In this document: positions 1-9,707 of the stretch, piece after piece
Numbering within the stretch: position 1 is the stretch's first letter
Layout of the letters: every line of letters starts with the position of its first letter
Assembly (NCBI GenBank): GCA_036170915.1
Contig: JAVHQC010000035.1
Location: forward strand, 96,001 to 160,000
Origin: Cyanobacteria bacterium auto_48_18
GTDB lineage: Bacteria; Cyanobacteriota; Vampirovibrionia; Obscuribacterales; Obscuribacteraceae
Direction of reading: 5' to 3'
Length of the DNA: 64,000 bases
Translations under genes and position numbers: made by a program
The notes under the pieces: generated by a model
The model's input: the letters and a program-made list of their open reading frames with translations, nothing else
Told to the model about the DNA's origin: nothing
Database searches by the model: none

Positions 1-213
1 GGAAAAATTACCGCCTCTCTTGGTACTGCCTGCTATCCTAAGCAAGCACGCAATTCTTCTGAACTAATTGAAAAGGCTGACAAGGCGCTTTACGCAGCCA
101 AAAACAGTGGCCGCGACCAGGTGCGCGTGTTTGAAGAAGATTTGCAAATAGGTGCATCGCCTACTTTTACAAACGTCACTCGTGAACAAGAGCGGTCAAA
201 TCAAGAGTCGTGA
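1..213 (+). CDS. 3' end of a GGDEF (diguanylate cyclase) domain protein, truncated by window start
   Basis: Frame 1 reads GKITASLGTACYPKQARNSSELIEKADKALYAAKNSGRDQV...ES*, the typical GGDEF C-terminal T-x-S-x-G...AD-x-ALY-x-AK-x-x-GR segment. TGA at 211-213 overlaps the GTG of the next gene. Not in the ORF track; active site not visible. Confidence 0.85.
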   Translation, partial: GKITASLGTACYPKQARNSSELIEKADKALYAAKNSGRDQVRVFEEDLQIGASPTFTNVTREQERSNQES

Positions 214-908
214 CAGTGAAAAAAAGACTGGTGCTCTTCGATATTGACGAAACAATGATTTCTTCAGATGGTGCTGGCAGAAGAGCTCTGGCGCGCGCTT
301 TACGTGAACAACATGAAATACCTGAAGAGCATACCCGCATTTCAATGTCCGGAAAAACCGATCCACAAATTCTCATGGAAATTTTTACGGCATATGGTTA
401 TGACAAAGCCAAAGCGCTTTCGCATATTGATGACCTGATTGCCTGCTATCTCACCTATCTTGAAGACGAGATGCGGGCTTCGCAGACACTTATTTTGCAT
501 AAAGGCGTGGTGGCGATTTTAGAGCGGCTGGCGGCAGACGAAAATAGCTACCTGGGTTTATTGACCGGCAACGTAGAAACCGGCGCCCGCAAAAAACTCG
601 ATTTTTTCAATCTCAACGGTTATTTTCCAATTGGCGCTTATGGCTCAGACTCAGCCAATCGTCTAGATTTACCGCAATTTGCCGTGGGCCGAGCACAAAA
701 GCATTTTGAAACCGAATTTGCGCCACCGCATGTGGTGATAGTAGGTGACAGTGTCAACGATATTGCTTGTGCGCATGGTTATGGTGCCAGCGTAATCGCC
801 GTCAATACAGGCAAAACTTCATGGCAAGAACTTGCTGATTGCAAACCGCAGCATCTTTTTCAAGATCTAGCTGACACCGAAGCTGTTTACCAGGCAATAT
901 TCAACTAA
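210..908 (+). CDS. HAD-family hydrolase (phosphoglycolate phosphatase-like)
   Basis: Motif I LFDIDET, motif II LLTGN, motif IV VGDSVND. Confidence 0.85.
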   Translation: MTVKKRLVLFDIDETMISSDGAGRRALARALREQHEIPEEHTRISMSGKTDPQILMEIFTAYGYDKAKALSHIDDLIACYLTYLEDEMRASQTLILHKGVVAILERLAADENSYLGLLTGNVETGARKKLDFFNLNGYFPIGAYGSDSANRLDLPQFAVGRAQKHFETEFAPPHVVIVGDSVNDIACAHGYGASVIAVNTGKTSWQELADCKPQHLFQDLADTEAVYQAIFN

Positions 909-1381
909 TTTCGGCGGCTGACGATATATTTTAAAATTGCTGCCCGCTGGTGCTGATTGAGCGTTGCGTCCCAGTGCAGCGCTTTATAACGAATGGGGGG
1001 CATACTGCCCTCTTCCACTACCGTAGAAATTTTGGCCAGATCAATATTTGAAATTAGCTCTTTTCCTGAAACCTGATCATGAGTCAATTTAAAAGACTTT
1101 TGTCCTTCCAGCATGTCGCGCGCAATGGTATCGCGAGCGATAGGAAAAGAGGCATAGTAAGGGTGAGCGATCAAGTCGGGACTTACACTATGACAGTCAA
1201 CACAACTGCTCTGTAGTATTTTTGCCACCGGCGCAAAGTCTGGGTTATTGCTCACATCGGCAACGGTCTTACGCACCACAAAAAAATTAGACAGTGGAAA
1301 AGCCAGACCAACGGCAAAAACCACAAACAGCACAATGAATGGTAAAAGCCGATTGAGAGAGCTGCCTCTTGTGCTGCGCAT
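905..1381 (-). CDS. Membrane-anchored monoheme c-type heme-binding protein (Haem_bd-like)
   Basis: N-terminal hydrophobic helix, single CxxCH (SCVDCH), and later G-x-MPP-x-x-Y-x-x-x-H-W segment typical of this family. Confidence 0.75.
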   Translation of the reverse strand: MRSTRGSSLNRLLPFIVLFVVFAVGLAFPLSNFFVVRKTVADVSNNPDFAPVAKILQSSCVDCHSVSPDLIAHPYYASFPIARDTIARDMLEGQKSFKLTHDQVSGKELISNIDLAKISTVVEEGSMPPIRYKALHWDATLNQHQRAAILKYIVSRRN

Positions 1382-1461
1382 CGGTGAAAATCCTTATGAG
1401 ACTTTAGACAATATAGCTCATAGAAATAACTATAATTGTTCAGAACATCATAAAAGAGGAA

Positions 1462-2037
1462 TTGGTCTTGTCAGGCGAAAGAAGACCGCGCGGAAATAGA
1501 AGAACAATCAAGGCATACATCGGCCTTGGTTCTAATGAAGGTGACCGACTGGGCTACGTGCAACAGGCGATGCAACTTTTGAAAGACGTTAACGGCATTA
1601 AGGTGACTGAATGCTCAAGCCTCTACGAAACCGAACCCGTGGGAGATTTGTACACTGAATGGTTCGTCAACGCCGTTGTCGCTATCGAAACCAGCTTGAC
1701 GGCAGAAGATCTGTTCGATGTATGTCGTGATATCGAAAAAAGATTGACCGAAATGCATCGCCACAATTCCACAGCGCGAACTCGCGAGCGCATAATCGAT
1801 CTCGACATTCTATTTTATGGCGACAGCGTGATCGAGAGCGCCGGCGGCCTACGCTTACCGCATCCAAAAATACATTTGCGCTCTTTTGCCCTGGTACCGC
1901 TGCTTGAAATCGCACCAGACATTCGTCATCCTGGTTTCGACAAGAGCGTGGCACAACTGCATGAAGAACTGGCCGAACCAGAGCAGGTTTTCCTGTTTGG
2001 CACTCGAGCGGCAGAATCAAGCGAACTAGATCGATAG
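1462..2037 (+). CDS. folK: 2-amino-4-hydroxy-6-hydroxymethyldihydropteridine diphosphokinase (HPPK)
   Basis: YIGLGSN, SSLYETEP, FVNAVV, RIIDLDIL, LPHP, R-x-F-x-L-x-PL-x-EI motifs. Exact start uncertain (TTG 1462 or 1468). Confidence 0.93.
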   Translation: MVLSGERRPRGNRRTIKAYIGLGSNEGDRLGYVQQAMQLLKDVNGIKVTECSSLYETEPVGDLYTEWFVNAVVAIETSLTAEDLFDVCRDIEKRLTEMHRHNSTARTRERIIDLDILFYGDSVIESAGGLRLPHPKIHLRSFALVPLLEIAPDIRHPGFDKSVAQLHEELAEPEQVFLFGTRAAESSELDR

Positions 2038-2039
2038 CA

Positions 2040-2420
2040 ATGAATTTTAAAATCGGCTCCGACATTTGTTCAATCAAAAGAGTAGAAGACGTATACACGC
2101 GTTTCGGTGAGCGTTTTCTCGACCGAATTCTAACCAGCGGCGAAAAAGCGTATGTGATGTCGCGGCCCAAAGATTTTTTGTCCAGAGTAGCTGCGCGCTT
2201 CGCTGCTAAAGAAGCCACGTCTAAGGCCTTGGGCACGGGCTTTATTGGCGTTGGCTGGAAAGAAATCGAAGTTGTACGCTTGCCTTCAGGTGCGCCGACC
2301 ATAAAATTACACGGTCGCGCACAGGCTGTGGCCGCACAGCGCGGTCTGACAACTTTTGAATTGACTATGAGCCACGAGCAAGAATATGCCATTGCCTTTG
2401 TTCTGGCAGTGGGAAATTAG
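2040..2420 (+). CDS. acpS: Holo-[acyl-carrier-protein] synthase
   Basis: IGSDI, ARFAAKEA-x-x-KALGTG, SGAP, MSHEQEYA; 126 aa. Confidence 0.93.
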   Translation: MNFKIGSDICSIKRVEDVYTRFGERFLDRILTSGEKAYVMSRPKDFLSRVAARFAAKEATSKALGTGFIGVGWKEIEVVRLPSGAPTIKLHGRAQAVAAQRGLTTFELTMSHEQEYAIAFVLAVGN

Positions 2421-2431
2421 CTCAAATTTTG

Positions 2432-2851
2432 CTATTTGCCAATTTCAGGACCTGGCTGCCCTACGGGCCTGCCGATAGCCATAGCGATCATCAAACACTG
2501 GTCGACTTTCTCCATCACTTCTTGAGGGAAGGCGCCAATTTTGCTCACCATTAGTGTTTTGGGAATAGTCGCGATAACGGTGCAATCAATGACGCTGTCT
2601 AATCGTAGACCCGCCGCTTTGCCTTCAGGAGTATCCATCAAAACTTCTACTTGTGTGGGTTCACGAGCAGCTCTTGTGGTATTGCTGGTTAAAGGCACCA
2701 GCAGCACGTCGTCGAGACGTGCGTTGTTGTAGTCATTAGAAATCAGTACGGCAGGTCGGCGTTTTGTCTGAGTCGATCCGTCATCAGTTGTGTACGGAAA
2801 GGACACTAGGACGACGTCACCTTTCCTGTACGTTGTCGGCTTCGAAGTCAT
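2432..2851 (-). CDS. PemK/MazF-family endoribonuclease toxin
   Basis: GDVVLVSFP, KRRPAVLISN, VPLTS, GL-x-x-DS, KIG motifs. Confidence 0.88.
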   Translation of the reverse strand: MTSKPTTYRKGDVVLVSFPYTTDDGSTQTKRRPAVLISNDYNNARLDDVLLVPLTSNTTRAAREPTQVEVLMDTPEGKAAGLRLDSVIDCTVIATIPKTLMVSKIGAFPQEVMEKVDQCLMIAMAIGRPVGQPGPEIGK

Positions 2852-2927
2852 TGGCTAGTCGGAAGAGACCGTTAAATGGTAAGTCCGTTAAAAAAACGGC
2901 TGCCCAGGTACACCTGGTCAGCTTGTA

Positions 2928-2936
2928 ATTGTAGCA
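2928..2936 (-). promoter_or_regulatory. Candidate extended -10 element (TGcTACAAT) for the PemK/MazF gene
   Basis: Minus strand reads TGCTACAAT about 77 nt upstream of the toxin ATG and downstream of a terminator. Confidence 0.35.
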
Positions 2937-2976
2937 AGTTTGAAAACTTTTGAGGCGGCCTATAAAAACACAGCAC

Positions 2977-2998
2977 AAAAGGGCTCTTTCGAGCCCTT
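2977..2998 (-). terminator. Rho-independent terminator after the 74-aa ORF
   Basis: AAGGGCTC-TTTC-GAGCCCTT perfect 8-bp stem; on the minus strand it has a GAAA loop followed by TTTTGTG. Confidence 0.75.
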
Positions 2999-3028
2999 GG
3001 TCAACCAGACCGGGGGATTAGCCTTTAG

Positions 3029-3253
3029 TTAGGCGTAACCATGACCATATACGGCATCGGTTTCATGATCTTCACGACAAAGGATGGCAGATGATGCCTG
3101 AGCGATACCTCTGACGGTCTCCTCACGAGCTGCCGGCATATAGGACATGGCCAAATCTTTGAAGCCGTGTCTTATTTCCCAGAAGTTCGGAGCGCCTTCA
3201 AAGACACTCTTTTCCGATTTATCGTTGTCATTTCCGAAGAAGTCGTTATCCAC
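3029..3253 (-). CDS. Small acidic hypothetical protein (74 aa)
   Basis: GTG start preceded by AGAGGGA SD-like sequence; TATAAT upstream; terminator downstream. Confidence 0.55.
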   Translation of the reverse strand: MDNDFFGNDNDKSEKSVFEGAPNFWEIRHGFKDLAMSYMPAAREETVRGIAQASSAILCREDHETDAVYGHGYA

Positions 3254-3490
3254 TAATTTCCCTCTCCATTTGGAGATGAGTTACTTGACGCAATTATAAC
3301 CGGCTTTCAAGAGATAAGTCCAGCAGAATTAATCTACCAAACCACACTTTTGATTACTTCGATCTTTATCAGTCCACAGTTGTACTTACCCAGAATCGAA
3401 GATCAAATAGACCCTCTCCGGGTAAATTTAATATAGCGCTTGGCGAGCCACCTGCCAATGGTGGTTTTACGATGTAAAGCGGACAGGCTG

Positions 3491-3895
3491 CTATTCTCGG
3501 TCAGGGAATTGCTTGCGTAAAAACTCAATAGTGCGCACTGTAGCCCCACCTGGCACGAAGACTTCAGCTATACCCTGGCTCAAAAGCGAATCGCGGTCTT
3601 CATCAGGCATGACGCCGCCGCCGAACACGAGAATATCGTCTACGCCTTGCTCTTTGAGCAATTTGACCACCTTAGGCAACAAAGTGAGGTGGGCCCCAGA
3701 CAGGATGGAAAGGCCAATGGCATCAACGTCTTCTTGAATTGCCGTTTCCACGATTTCTTCAGGAGAACGGTGCAAGCCAGTGTATACAACTTCCATACCA
3801 GCATCGCGCAGAGCCCTGGCAATCACTTTGGCCCCACGATCGTGGCCATCCAGCCCAGGTTTGCCAATTAGAACGCGAATTTTGCCCTTAGTCAT
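3491..3895 (-). CDS. Stand-alone cobalamin-binding subunit (methylmalonyl-CoA/isobutyryl-CoA mutase C-terminal type)
   Basis: KPGLDGHDRGAKVIAR (DxHxxG base-off motif), GLSILSGAH, FGGG. Confidence 0.92.
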   Translation of the reverse strand: MTKGKIRVLIGKPGLDGHDRGAKVIARALRDAGMEVVYTGLHRSPEEIVETAIQEDVDAIGLSILSGAHLTLLPKVVKLLKEQGVDDILVFGGGVMPDEDRDSLLSQGIAEVFVPGGATVRTIEFLRKQFPDRE

Positions 3896-3964
3896 GGTGC
3901 CTCACATCTATATAGATACATAGTTTAGACCAGTCACTACCAGCGGCCCAGTCTTTTTGAAAAC

Positions 3965-4450
3965 CTACGGCGTGCCGGAAGGCAGTTTGGGAGCCACGAG
4001 CGACAAAAGTTCTTCAAAATTTGGAATATCGCGCCTGTTAATCAAATAAAAACCTCTTTTCGTCCTCAGCACCGCCCAGACCAGAAATTTTGGCAACTTC
4101 AAACTAACAATGTCTTCGTCGGCAATGGTGTGACGACCGAACAGAGTTTCAATAATCAAGCTGCCTTTGGCAACGATTACGCCATTTACTTCAAAAAGCA
4201 GGGAAGGCAACATCACCAGATCAAGGCCAAAAATGAAGACCAGCAAGAAAACTTCGGCGCCAAAGTCGACGGCCAATTTGTGCTGCGCGCGCTCTATCAT
4301 GCTCATCGGCATAGATATATTGAGACCAAGCAGAATCAGCAAGTAAAAATATCGCACCAGGCTTTTGCGCGCCTTACGCCTGAAGCTGGGCAAGTCTTCG
4401 GTTGCAAGCACAGTTTTCTCGGATTTTGCGGGTTTCTTAGTGTTCGCCAT
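3965..4450 (-). CDS. Hypothetical membrane protein (2 TM plus small beta-rich domain)
   Basis: Two hydrophobic segments. Start moved to ATG 4450 (MANTKK); the track start is 4498. Confidence 0.55.
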   Translation of the reverse strand: MANTKKPAKSEKTVLATEDLPSFRRKARKSLVRYFYLLILLGLNISMPMSMIERAQHKLAVDFGAEVFLLVFIFGLDLVMLPSLLFEVNGVIVAKGSLIIETLFGRHTIADEDIVSLKLPKFLVWAVLRTKRGFYLINRRDIPNFEELLSLVAPKLPSGTP

Positions 4451-4547
4451 GGGCTCGATATTATACTTCTCCAACCTGAGCAAATGAACTATCGGCAAAG
4501 CGACAATTGGAGCTAATCTTTAGTGTTTGGACCCATAAGAGTAAATC

Positions 4548-6185
4548 ATGAAGCTAGCCGATTATATTTTCCAGCGCATTGAAAAGACCGGAGTGCAGCA
4601 TACTTTTGGCATTCCTGGCGATTTCGTTTTACCACTTTATGCAGCCCAGACCCGCACCAGCCTTAAGACTGTTGTGCTCACCCATGAGCCCTCGGTAGGA
4701 TATGCAGCCGACGCCTACGCACGTCTGCGGGGCCTCGGTGTAGCGCTGGTCACTTATGGTGCCGGCGGACTGAATATGGTCAATCCGGTGGGCCTGGCTT
4801 ACGCTGAAGAATCACCACTGCTGGTGATCAGTGGCGCGCCAGAAACAAGATTTCGTCAAGACAAACCTCATTTGCACCACTGCGTCAAAAGTTTCGATAC
4901 TCAACACCGCGTCTACGCCGAAGTGACTGAATCAGACGCTTTGATTGACAATATCAAAACTGCTCAAAGCGAAATCGACCGAGTCTTTGATACCACCCTA
5001 TCTGCCTCAAGACCAGGATATTTAGAGCTGCCACGCGACATGGTTAACCAGGAACTGGTTATTGAACCAGCAAAATTACCAGAGCTGCAGCCAGTACATC
5101 CAGCCCTGGCCGCGGCCGTCAGCGAAATTGCCATGCGCTTAAAAGCAGCAGTTCAACCGGTTTTAATTGTTGGGGTGGAAGTGCGACGCTTTGGTCTCAA
5201 AGACGCGGTGATCGCCTTTTCAGAAGCATTAAATATACCTGTGGTGACTTCAATTTTAGGCAAAGCAACTTTCCCTGAAACGCATCCAAATTTTATCGGC
5301 AATTATTTTGGCCAGTTTGGTAATCCTAAAGTCAAAGAGTTTGTCGAAAGCTCTGATTGCATTATCGCACTAGGGGCGGTGATGACTGAGATGGAGAGTG
5401 GTGGCTATACAGCCAAACTAAAAGCTGAGTGCCTGACTCAAATAAACAATCACGAAGTAAAAATCGGCTATCACAATTATGGCAATCTTAAGCTCGATCA
5501 AGTCTTGAAAGAACTGCTCGATTCAGTCACTTCAAAATTGACGCCAACAAAAAGATTCACGGTGCCATCCATTGCGAGAGAAGTGATTGAAGCACCTGAA
5601 GGAAGTAAAAAACTGACAGTGGCAGCCATGATCGGTGCTCTCAACGAAGTTTTAAAAGACAGCCAGGAATTTTCTGTAGTCACCGATACTGGTGACTGCA
5701 TGTATGCCGGAATGAGTTTGCAAACCGATATTTTTCTGGCGCCTGGTTACTATGTCAGCATGGGATTCGGTGTACCTGCAGCCATCGGCGCTCAGCTTGC
5801 TATGCCTAGTCGCCGGCCCATAGTGCTTGTTGGTGACGGTGCTTTTCAGATGACAGGAATGGAAATTAGCACAGCCGTCAAAATGGGGCTCAGTCCAATT
5901 GTAATTGTTTTCAATAACGCCAGCTATGCCATGCTGCGTTTCATCGATCAAGAGCGCGACTATTTTGATTTGCCGCGCTGGGATTATGTCGAGCTGGCAA
6001 AGGCAGTGGGCGGAAATGGCGTGCAGGCCTCTTCGGCAGCTGACTTCAAAAAAGCTCTGGCAGTGGCGCAAAAAAGCGACAAGATGTTTTTGATTGACGC
6101 TGTGATTGAAAACGACGACATTTCACCGACACTGCGGCGACTGACTGATCACTTTGGCAAGAAAGTCAAAGCGGCAATTTCTTAA
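4548..6185 (+). CDS. ipdC: ThDP-dependent alpha-keto acid decarboxylase (indolepyruvate/phenylpyruvate decarboxylase family)
   Basis: FGIPGDF, HEPSVGYAADAYAR, LHH loop, GDGAFQMTG...VFNN ThDP motif. Substrate not determinable from sequence. Confidence 0.8.
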   Translation: MKLADYIFQRIEKTGVQHTFGIPGDFVLPLYAAQTRTSLKTVVLTHEPSVGYAADAYARLRGLGVALVTYGAGGLNMVNPVGLAYAEESPLLVISGAPETRFRQDKPHLHHCVKSFDTQHRVYAEVTESDALIDNIKTAQSEIDRVFDTTLSASRPGYLELPRDMVNQELVIEPAKLPELQPVHPALAAAVSEIAMRLKAAVQPVLIVGVEVRRFGLKDAVIAFSEALNIPVVTSILGKATFPETHPNFIGNYFGQFGNPKVKEFVESSDCIIALGAVMTEMESGGYTAKLKAECLTQINNHEVKIGYHNYGNLKLDQVLKELLDSVTSKLTPTKRFTVPSIAREVIEAPEGSKKLTVAAMIGALNEVLKDSQEFSVVTDTGDCMYAGMSLQTDIFLAPGYYVSMGFGVPAAIGAQLAMPSRRPIVLVGDGAFQMTGMEISTAVKMGLSPIVIVFNNASYAMLRFIDQERDYFDLPRWDYVELAKAVGGNGVQASSAADFKKALAVAQKSDKMFLIDAVIENDDISPTLRRLTDHFGKKVKAAIS

Positions 6186-6196
6186 GAGAATAATTT

Positions 6197-6706
6197 ATGC
6201 CTAAAAATAAGTTTGCCATTTTGACCATATCAGCCCTCATGGCTAATAGCTGCTGCATCGCTCATGCTCAAGAGCTAGTTGAAGACGACACAATCAACAT
6301 CAACGATTATCGTATTCAATCAACTGCTATAGCCGAGAAAATTGACATGCCTGAACAAAAAAGCAAAGCCACAAGCAAAGGTAAATCTCTACTTGCAGCA
6401 CCAAGAGTGGTGGGTGGAATAATTTCAGGAATTACCGTAGGCGTTCCGGTGCGTATAGCTCATGATGTCTCTTTTGAGACTAAGCGTATGCGTAATCAAA
6501 TTACCGATGACATGGATGGTTCAGCTAGACCCGACTTTCTTGCCCGCACTATCGGCACCTGCACCGGTGTCGCCTATGGGCTCGTGAGCGGAGTGATCAA
6601 GGGTTCAATCAAAGGAACTGAACGAGGGCTCGAGTGCGGAGCCCGCAAACCCTTTTCGCAAGAATCAATGAGTCTAAAGGACACTGAGCTCAAGGCTGAG
6701 CCTTAA
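6197..6706 (+). CDS. Hypothetical exported protein
   Basis: Signal-peptide-like N-terminus ending AHA-Q; Gly-rich amphipathic helices. Confidence 0.6.
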   Translation: MPKNKFAILTISALMANSCCIAHAQELVEDDTININDYRIQSTAIAEKIDMPEQKSKATSKGKSLLAAPRVVGGIISGITVGVPVRIAHDVSFETKRMRNQITDDMDGSARPDFLARTIGTCTGVAYGLVSGVIKGSIKGTERGLECGARKPFSQESMSLKDTELKAEP

Positions 6707-6854
6707 GTTTGCAATTTCAGTTTTCATTTGGCAAAGCCGGAAAAATCGACTAACATAGACCCCTTGGCAACCGCGCGGCTTTTTCGGCGATAAAAAAGGC
6801 GCCCTAATGGGTATGAAACAGACGTGCTGGCCAAAATGCGTTTGAGGGAATCTC

Positions 6855-8969
6855 GTGCCGATTCACAGCAATAGCAAGTCCGGAACTGATAGCTCAACTG
6901 CCAATTCATCAGAAGTGGCAAAAGCAGATCCGGGATTTGTACCTTCACTGCTCCACTCTGCAGCCTACGAAGGGCTGCAAGCACCGGTTCAGGGTTTGGC
7001 GCAAATCGTAGACCAGACTGCGGGTACGAAGCTGCAAAAAAGCGTCACCTTTATGGACGCTCCAGAACGGGCAGAATTTCAGTCAGCCAGCTGGTACGGC
7101 CAGCAGTTTGGTTCAGTGGGCAAACTCGTTCCCTTTATTGCCGCGTATGCCGTCACTCATAAGGCTTTTACCGGTGCAGGATTAACTAAAGGCACCGAGA
7201 ACGCCGCTAAAACTCTGTTTAGCAAATCTAACGGCACTCACATCGCCGAAATTGCCGTGGCCGGTTTCGCCACGGAGGCAATTTTTGTGCCTGTGGTAGG
7301 TGCAGACCATAAACGCGGCCAGCCCTTGAGTAATTTTGAATTTATCGAAGCACGGGCGAAAAATGGCGCCGTGGGCGCCATTACATTTGCCACTCTTTCC
7401 AGTGGCATGATTGGTTTGAGACATGCGGGCATGGCTGTTGAAAATAAGGCCGTCAAATCTGTTTTAACTAACAACGCTTTTGGTGCGGCCATATCAGGCA
7501 TTCCCACAGGCATCGTCAGTGCCGATACTCACGCTCGCATTGTAGAAGGCCGCTCCGCCACCAATCAAGAACGGGTTGAATCGGCCTATTCCATGTTCAT
7601 AATCGGCGGTGCTCTAGGTGGTCTGAGCAGAAACCGCTCTGCCAAAACCGAGACCACAGGCATAGAAGCAAAAAGTACACCAACCAAATCGACTTTGCTC
7701 TCGTCAATCAGCGAGCGAGTACAGAAAAAAGTTAGTGCTGGTTACGAAAGTTTCGACAGTTTTATGGCCTCAATCAATCCGCTGCTCAAAGGCCCTGAAT
7801 TGCAACCGGCCCATATTCAACCGGGTGGACGCAGTGGCCTAGGCAACCGAGCGATGGAATCAACTTTACATGAGCTCGGCAAACCGGTGGTTTTGGAGAA
7901 TCGCAGTGCCACTGTCAGTAGTGCCACTATAGAAGGTTCAAACCCATCGAGCAGTGCTGTAATTAGAAATGCTCCTGAGGCTGTTAAAGAAGCAAAAGCA
8001 AAAGACAAAGCTTCTGAAAATACAAAACTCGAATCGACTGATGGCTTGACTTCAGCCTCAAAATGGCTCGATCAGCTTGGCATGTCCGATATAGCCGAGT
8101 TTGTTAAAAACGACCGGGTCTTGAAAAAACAAAAAGTGGTGAAAACACTTGGTCAGGGAAATGACTCACCTGCAGTGCTCGAGCTTGCCCCGAGCAAAGA
8201 ATTTCCCAATGGTGGTGCTCTGAAAGTGACCATAGCCGAAGGCGGTTTCGAGAGCAACTATGGCAAACGCCCTGGTGACGCCAAAATTTATGGCAAAGTA
8301 CACGAAGTTGACTTAAACGGCAGCGGTTTCTCAGGCTCGGCTGCACTCTATGTGCAGGAGCTGGCTGACCCTGTCTCCAGGCCGGCTCCACAACTGGTTG
8401 ACGCACTATCGCGCCGACTGGACAAGGCCGGTTTGGAAATCACCGATGTGGGCTCTGGAATCGAAGGTCAAGTCGGTGTGAGCAGAGTGACAGGAGATCT
8501 GGTTGTTATCGATTATCCGGCTGTGACCAAAAAGGGTGGCGGCAACGAAACTTTAGAAGCAATCCGCGGCGGCTACGAGCGTGTCGAACAGCAGTATGAG
8601 GCCGAAAACAGTGCTATGAGGCGCGGCAAAAGCCTTGAAGAAGCTGAGCCTCTGCCAGAAGTCAAAGTTGACGTCGAAACCATGGCCAAGAGACAAGAAG
8701 TGCTAGAAGGCACCAAATTGACCCCAGCTGAGAAAGATATTTTGAAGCAGCTCAGTCAAGCTGAAGAAGGTTTCTTTAGCATGAAGGAAGTTTATGAAAT
8801 GGCCGCTTACGTAGACGGCAAATACAACGCTAAAGGCACAGGTGCTGATTTAGCTTATGGAAAAAAAGTAGTTGAAGCCGTAGTTAAGAAAGCTCGTACA
8901 ATGGGAGCGCTGCAAAAGCCAGCGCGTGCAGCTAAAATAGAAAAAGACTTAGAACACGACGACTACTAA
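6855..8969 (+). CDS. Large hypothetical protein with Gly/Ala-rich hydrophobic N-terminal helices and a kinase-like C-terminal region
   Basis: 704-aa ORF with GAGGGA SD before GTG; see findings for motif detail. Confidence 0.65.
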   Translation: MPIHSNSKSGTDSSTANSSEVAKADPGFVPSLLHSAAYEGLQAPVQGLAQIVDQTAGTKLQKSVTFMDAPERAEFQSASWYGQQFGSVGKLVPFIAAYAVTHKAFTGAGLTKGTENAAKTLFSKSNGTHIAEIAVAGFATEAIFVPVVGADHKRGQPLSNFEFIEARAKNGAVGAITFATLSSGMIGLRHAGMAVENKAVKSVLTNNAFGAAISGIPTGIVSADTHARIVEGRSATNQERVESAYSMFIIGGALGGLSRNRSAKTETTGIEAKSTPTKSTLLSSISERVQKKVSAGYESFDSFMASINPLLKGPELQPAHIQPGGRSGLGNRAMESTLHELGKPVVLENRSATVSSATIEGSNPSSSAVIRNAPEAVKEAKAKDKASENTKLESTDGLTSASKWLDQLGMSDIAEFVKNDRVLKKQKVVKTLGQGNDSPAVLELAPSKEFPNGGALKVTIAEGGFESNYGKRPGDAKIYGKVHEVDLNGSGFSGSAALYVQELADPVSRPAPQLVDALSRRLDKAGLEITDVGSGIEGQVGVSRVTGDLVVIDYPAVTKKGGGNETLEAIRGGYERVEQQYEAENSAMRRGKSLEEAEPLPEVKVDVETMAKRQEVLEGTKLTPAEKDILKQLSQAEEGFFSMKEVYEMAAYVDGKYNAKGTGADLAYGKKVVEAVVKKARTMGALQKPARAAKIEKDLEHDDY

Positions 8970-8972
8970 AAA

Positions 8973-9707
8973 ATGACTAAACACATTGGCATTGTCGCCT
9001 GTAGCGCTGAAGGCGCGGCGCTCTGTTATCGCACCATATGCAGTGAAGCTCAAACAATCATGGGCCGCCACTGGCATCCTGAAGTCAGCCTGCACACCCA
9101 TCCTATGGGCCGATACCTTCAAACTCTAGAAGGTAAAGGTGGATGGCAAGGTGTGGCGGAACTAATGATTGACTCATCTGTACGCCTGTCACGCATGGGC
9201 GCTGATTTCATCATTTGCCCAGACAATACGGTACATCAGGCTTTCGACTTAGTTGCTCCTGCTTCGCCTCTGCCGTGGTTGCATATTGCCGAAGTGGTGG
9301 CAGGTGAAGCTCAACTGAAAGGCTTGAAAAAGCTGGGCGTTTTAGGCACTCGCTATTTGATGGAAGGCCCAGTCTATCAGGTCAAGTTGGAAGCTCTGGA
9401 TATCAACTGGGAAACACCTAGCGACAGCGATAAAAAAGAAATCAATCGCATTATTTTTGACGAGCTGGTTAACGGTAAGTTCAAAGATTCTTCTCGCAGT
9501 TATTTTCAAGAAGTGATCACCGTTCTGAAGCGCCGCGGATGCGACGGTGTAATACTGGGATGCACCGAAATTCCACTATTGATTGACCAACAAGACTCAG
9601 TATTACCCGTACTTGACTCAACCAGGTTACTGGCCAGAGCAGCGCTTTTCATGGCCATGCAGAATAAACCGGTCAAGCGACCACGGTCAACACTGGCACC
9701 ACAATAA
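8973..9707 (+). CDS. Aspartate/glutamate racemase family protein
   Basis: GADFIICPDNTVH, LHIA, GVLGTRYLM, ILGCTEIPLL. Confidence 0.88.
   Translation: MTKHIGIVACSAEGAALCYRTICSEAQTIMGRHWHPEVSLHTHPMGRYLQTLEGKGGWQGVAELMIDSSVRLSRMGADFIICPDNTVHQAFDLVAPASPLPWLHIAEVVAGEAQLKGLKKLGVLGTRYLMEGPVYQVKLEALDINWETPSDSDKKEINRIIFDELVNGKFKDSSRSYFQEVITVLKRRGCDGVILGCTEIPLLIDQQDSVLPVLDSTRLLARAALFMAMQNKPVKRPRSTLAPQ

Noticed and set aside
1682..2392. 236-aa - strand ORF
   Set aside because: Antisense to folK and acpS; shadow ORF.
2852..3028. Type III toxin-antitoxin arrangement (repeats, terminator, toxin)
   Set aside because: No tandem 30-50 nt repeat array upstream of the terminator, and the toxin has ordinary PemK/MazF motifs.
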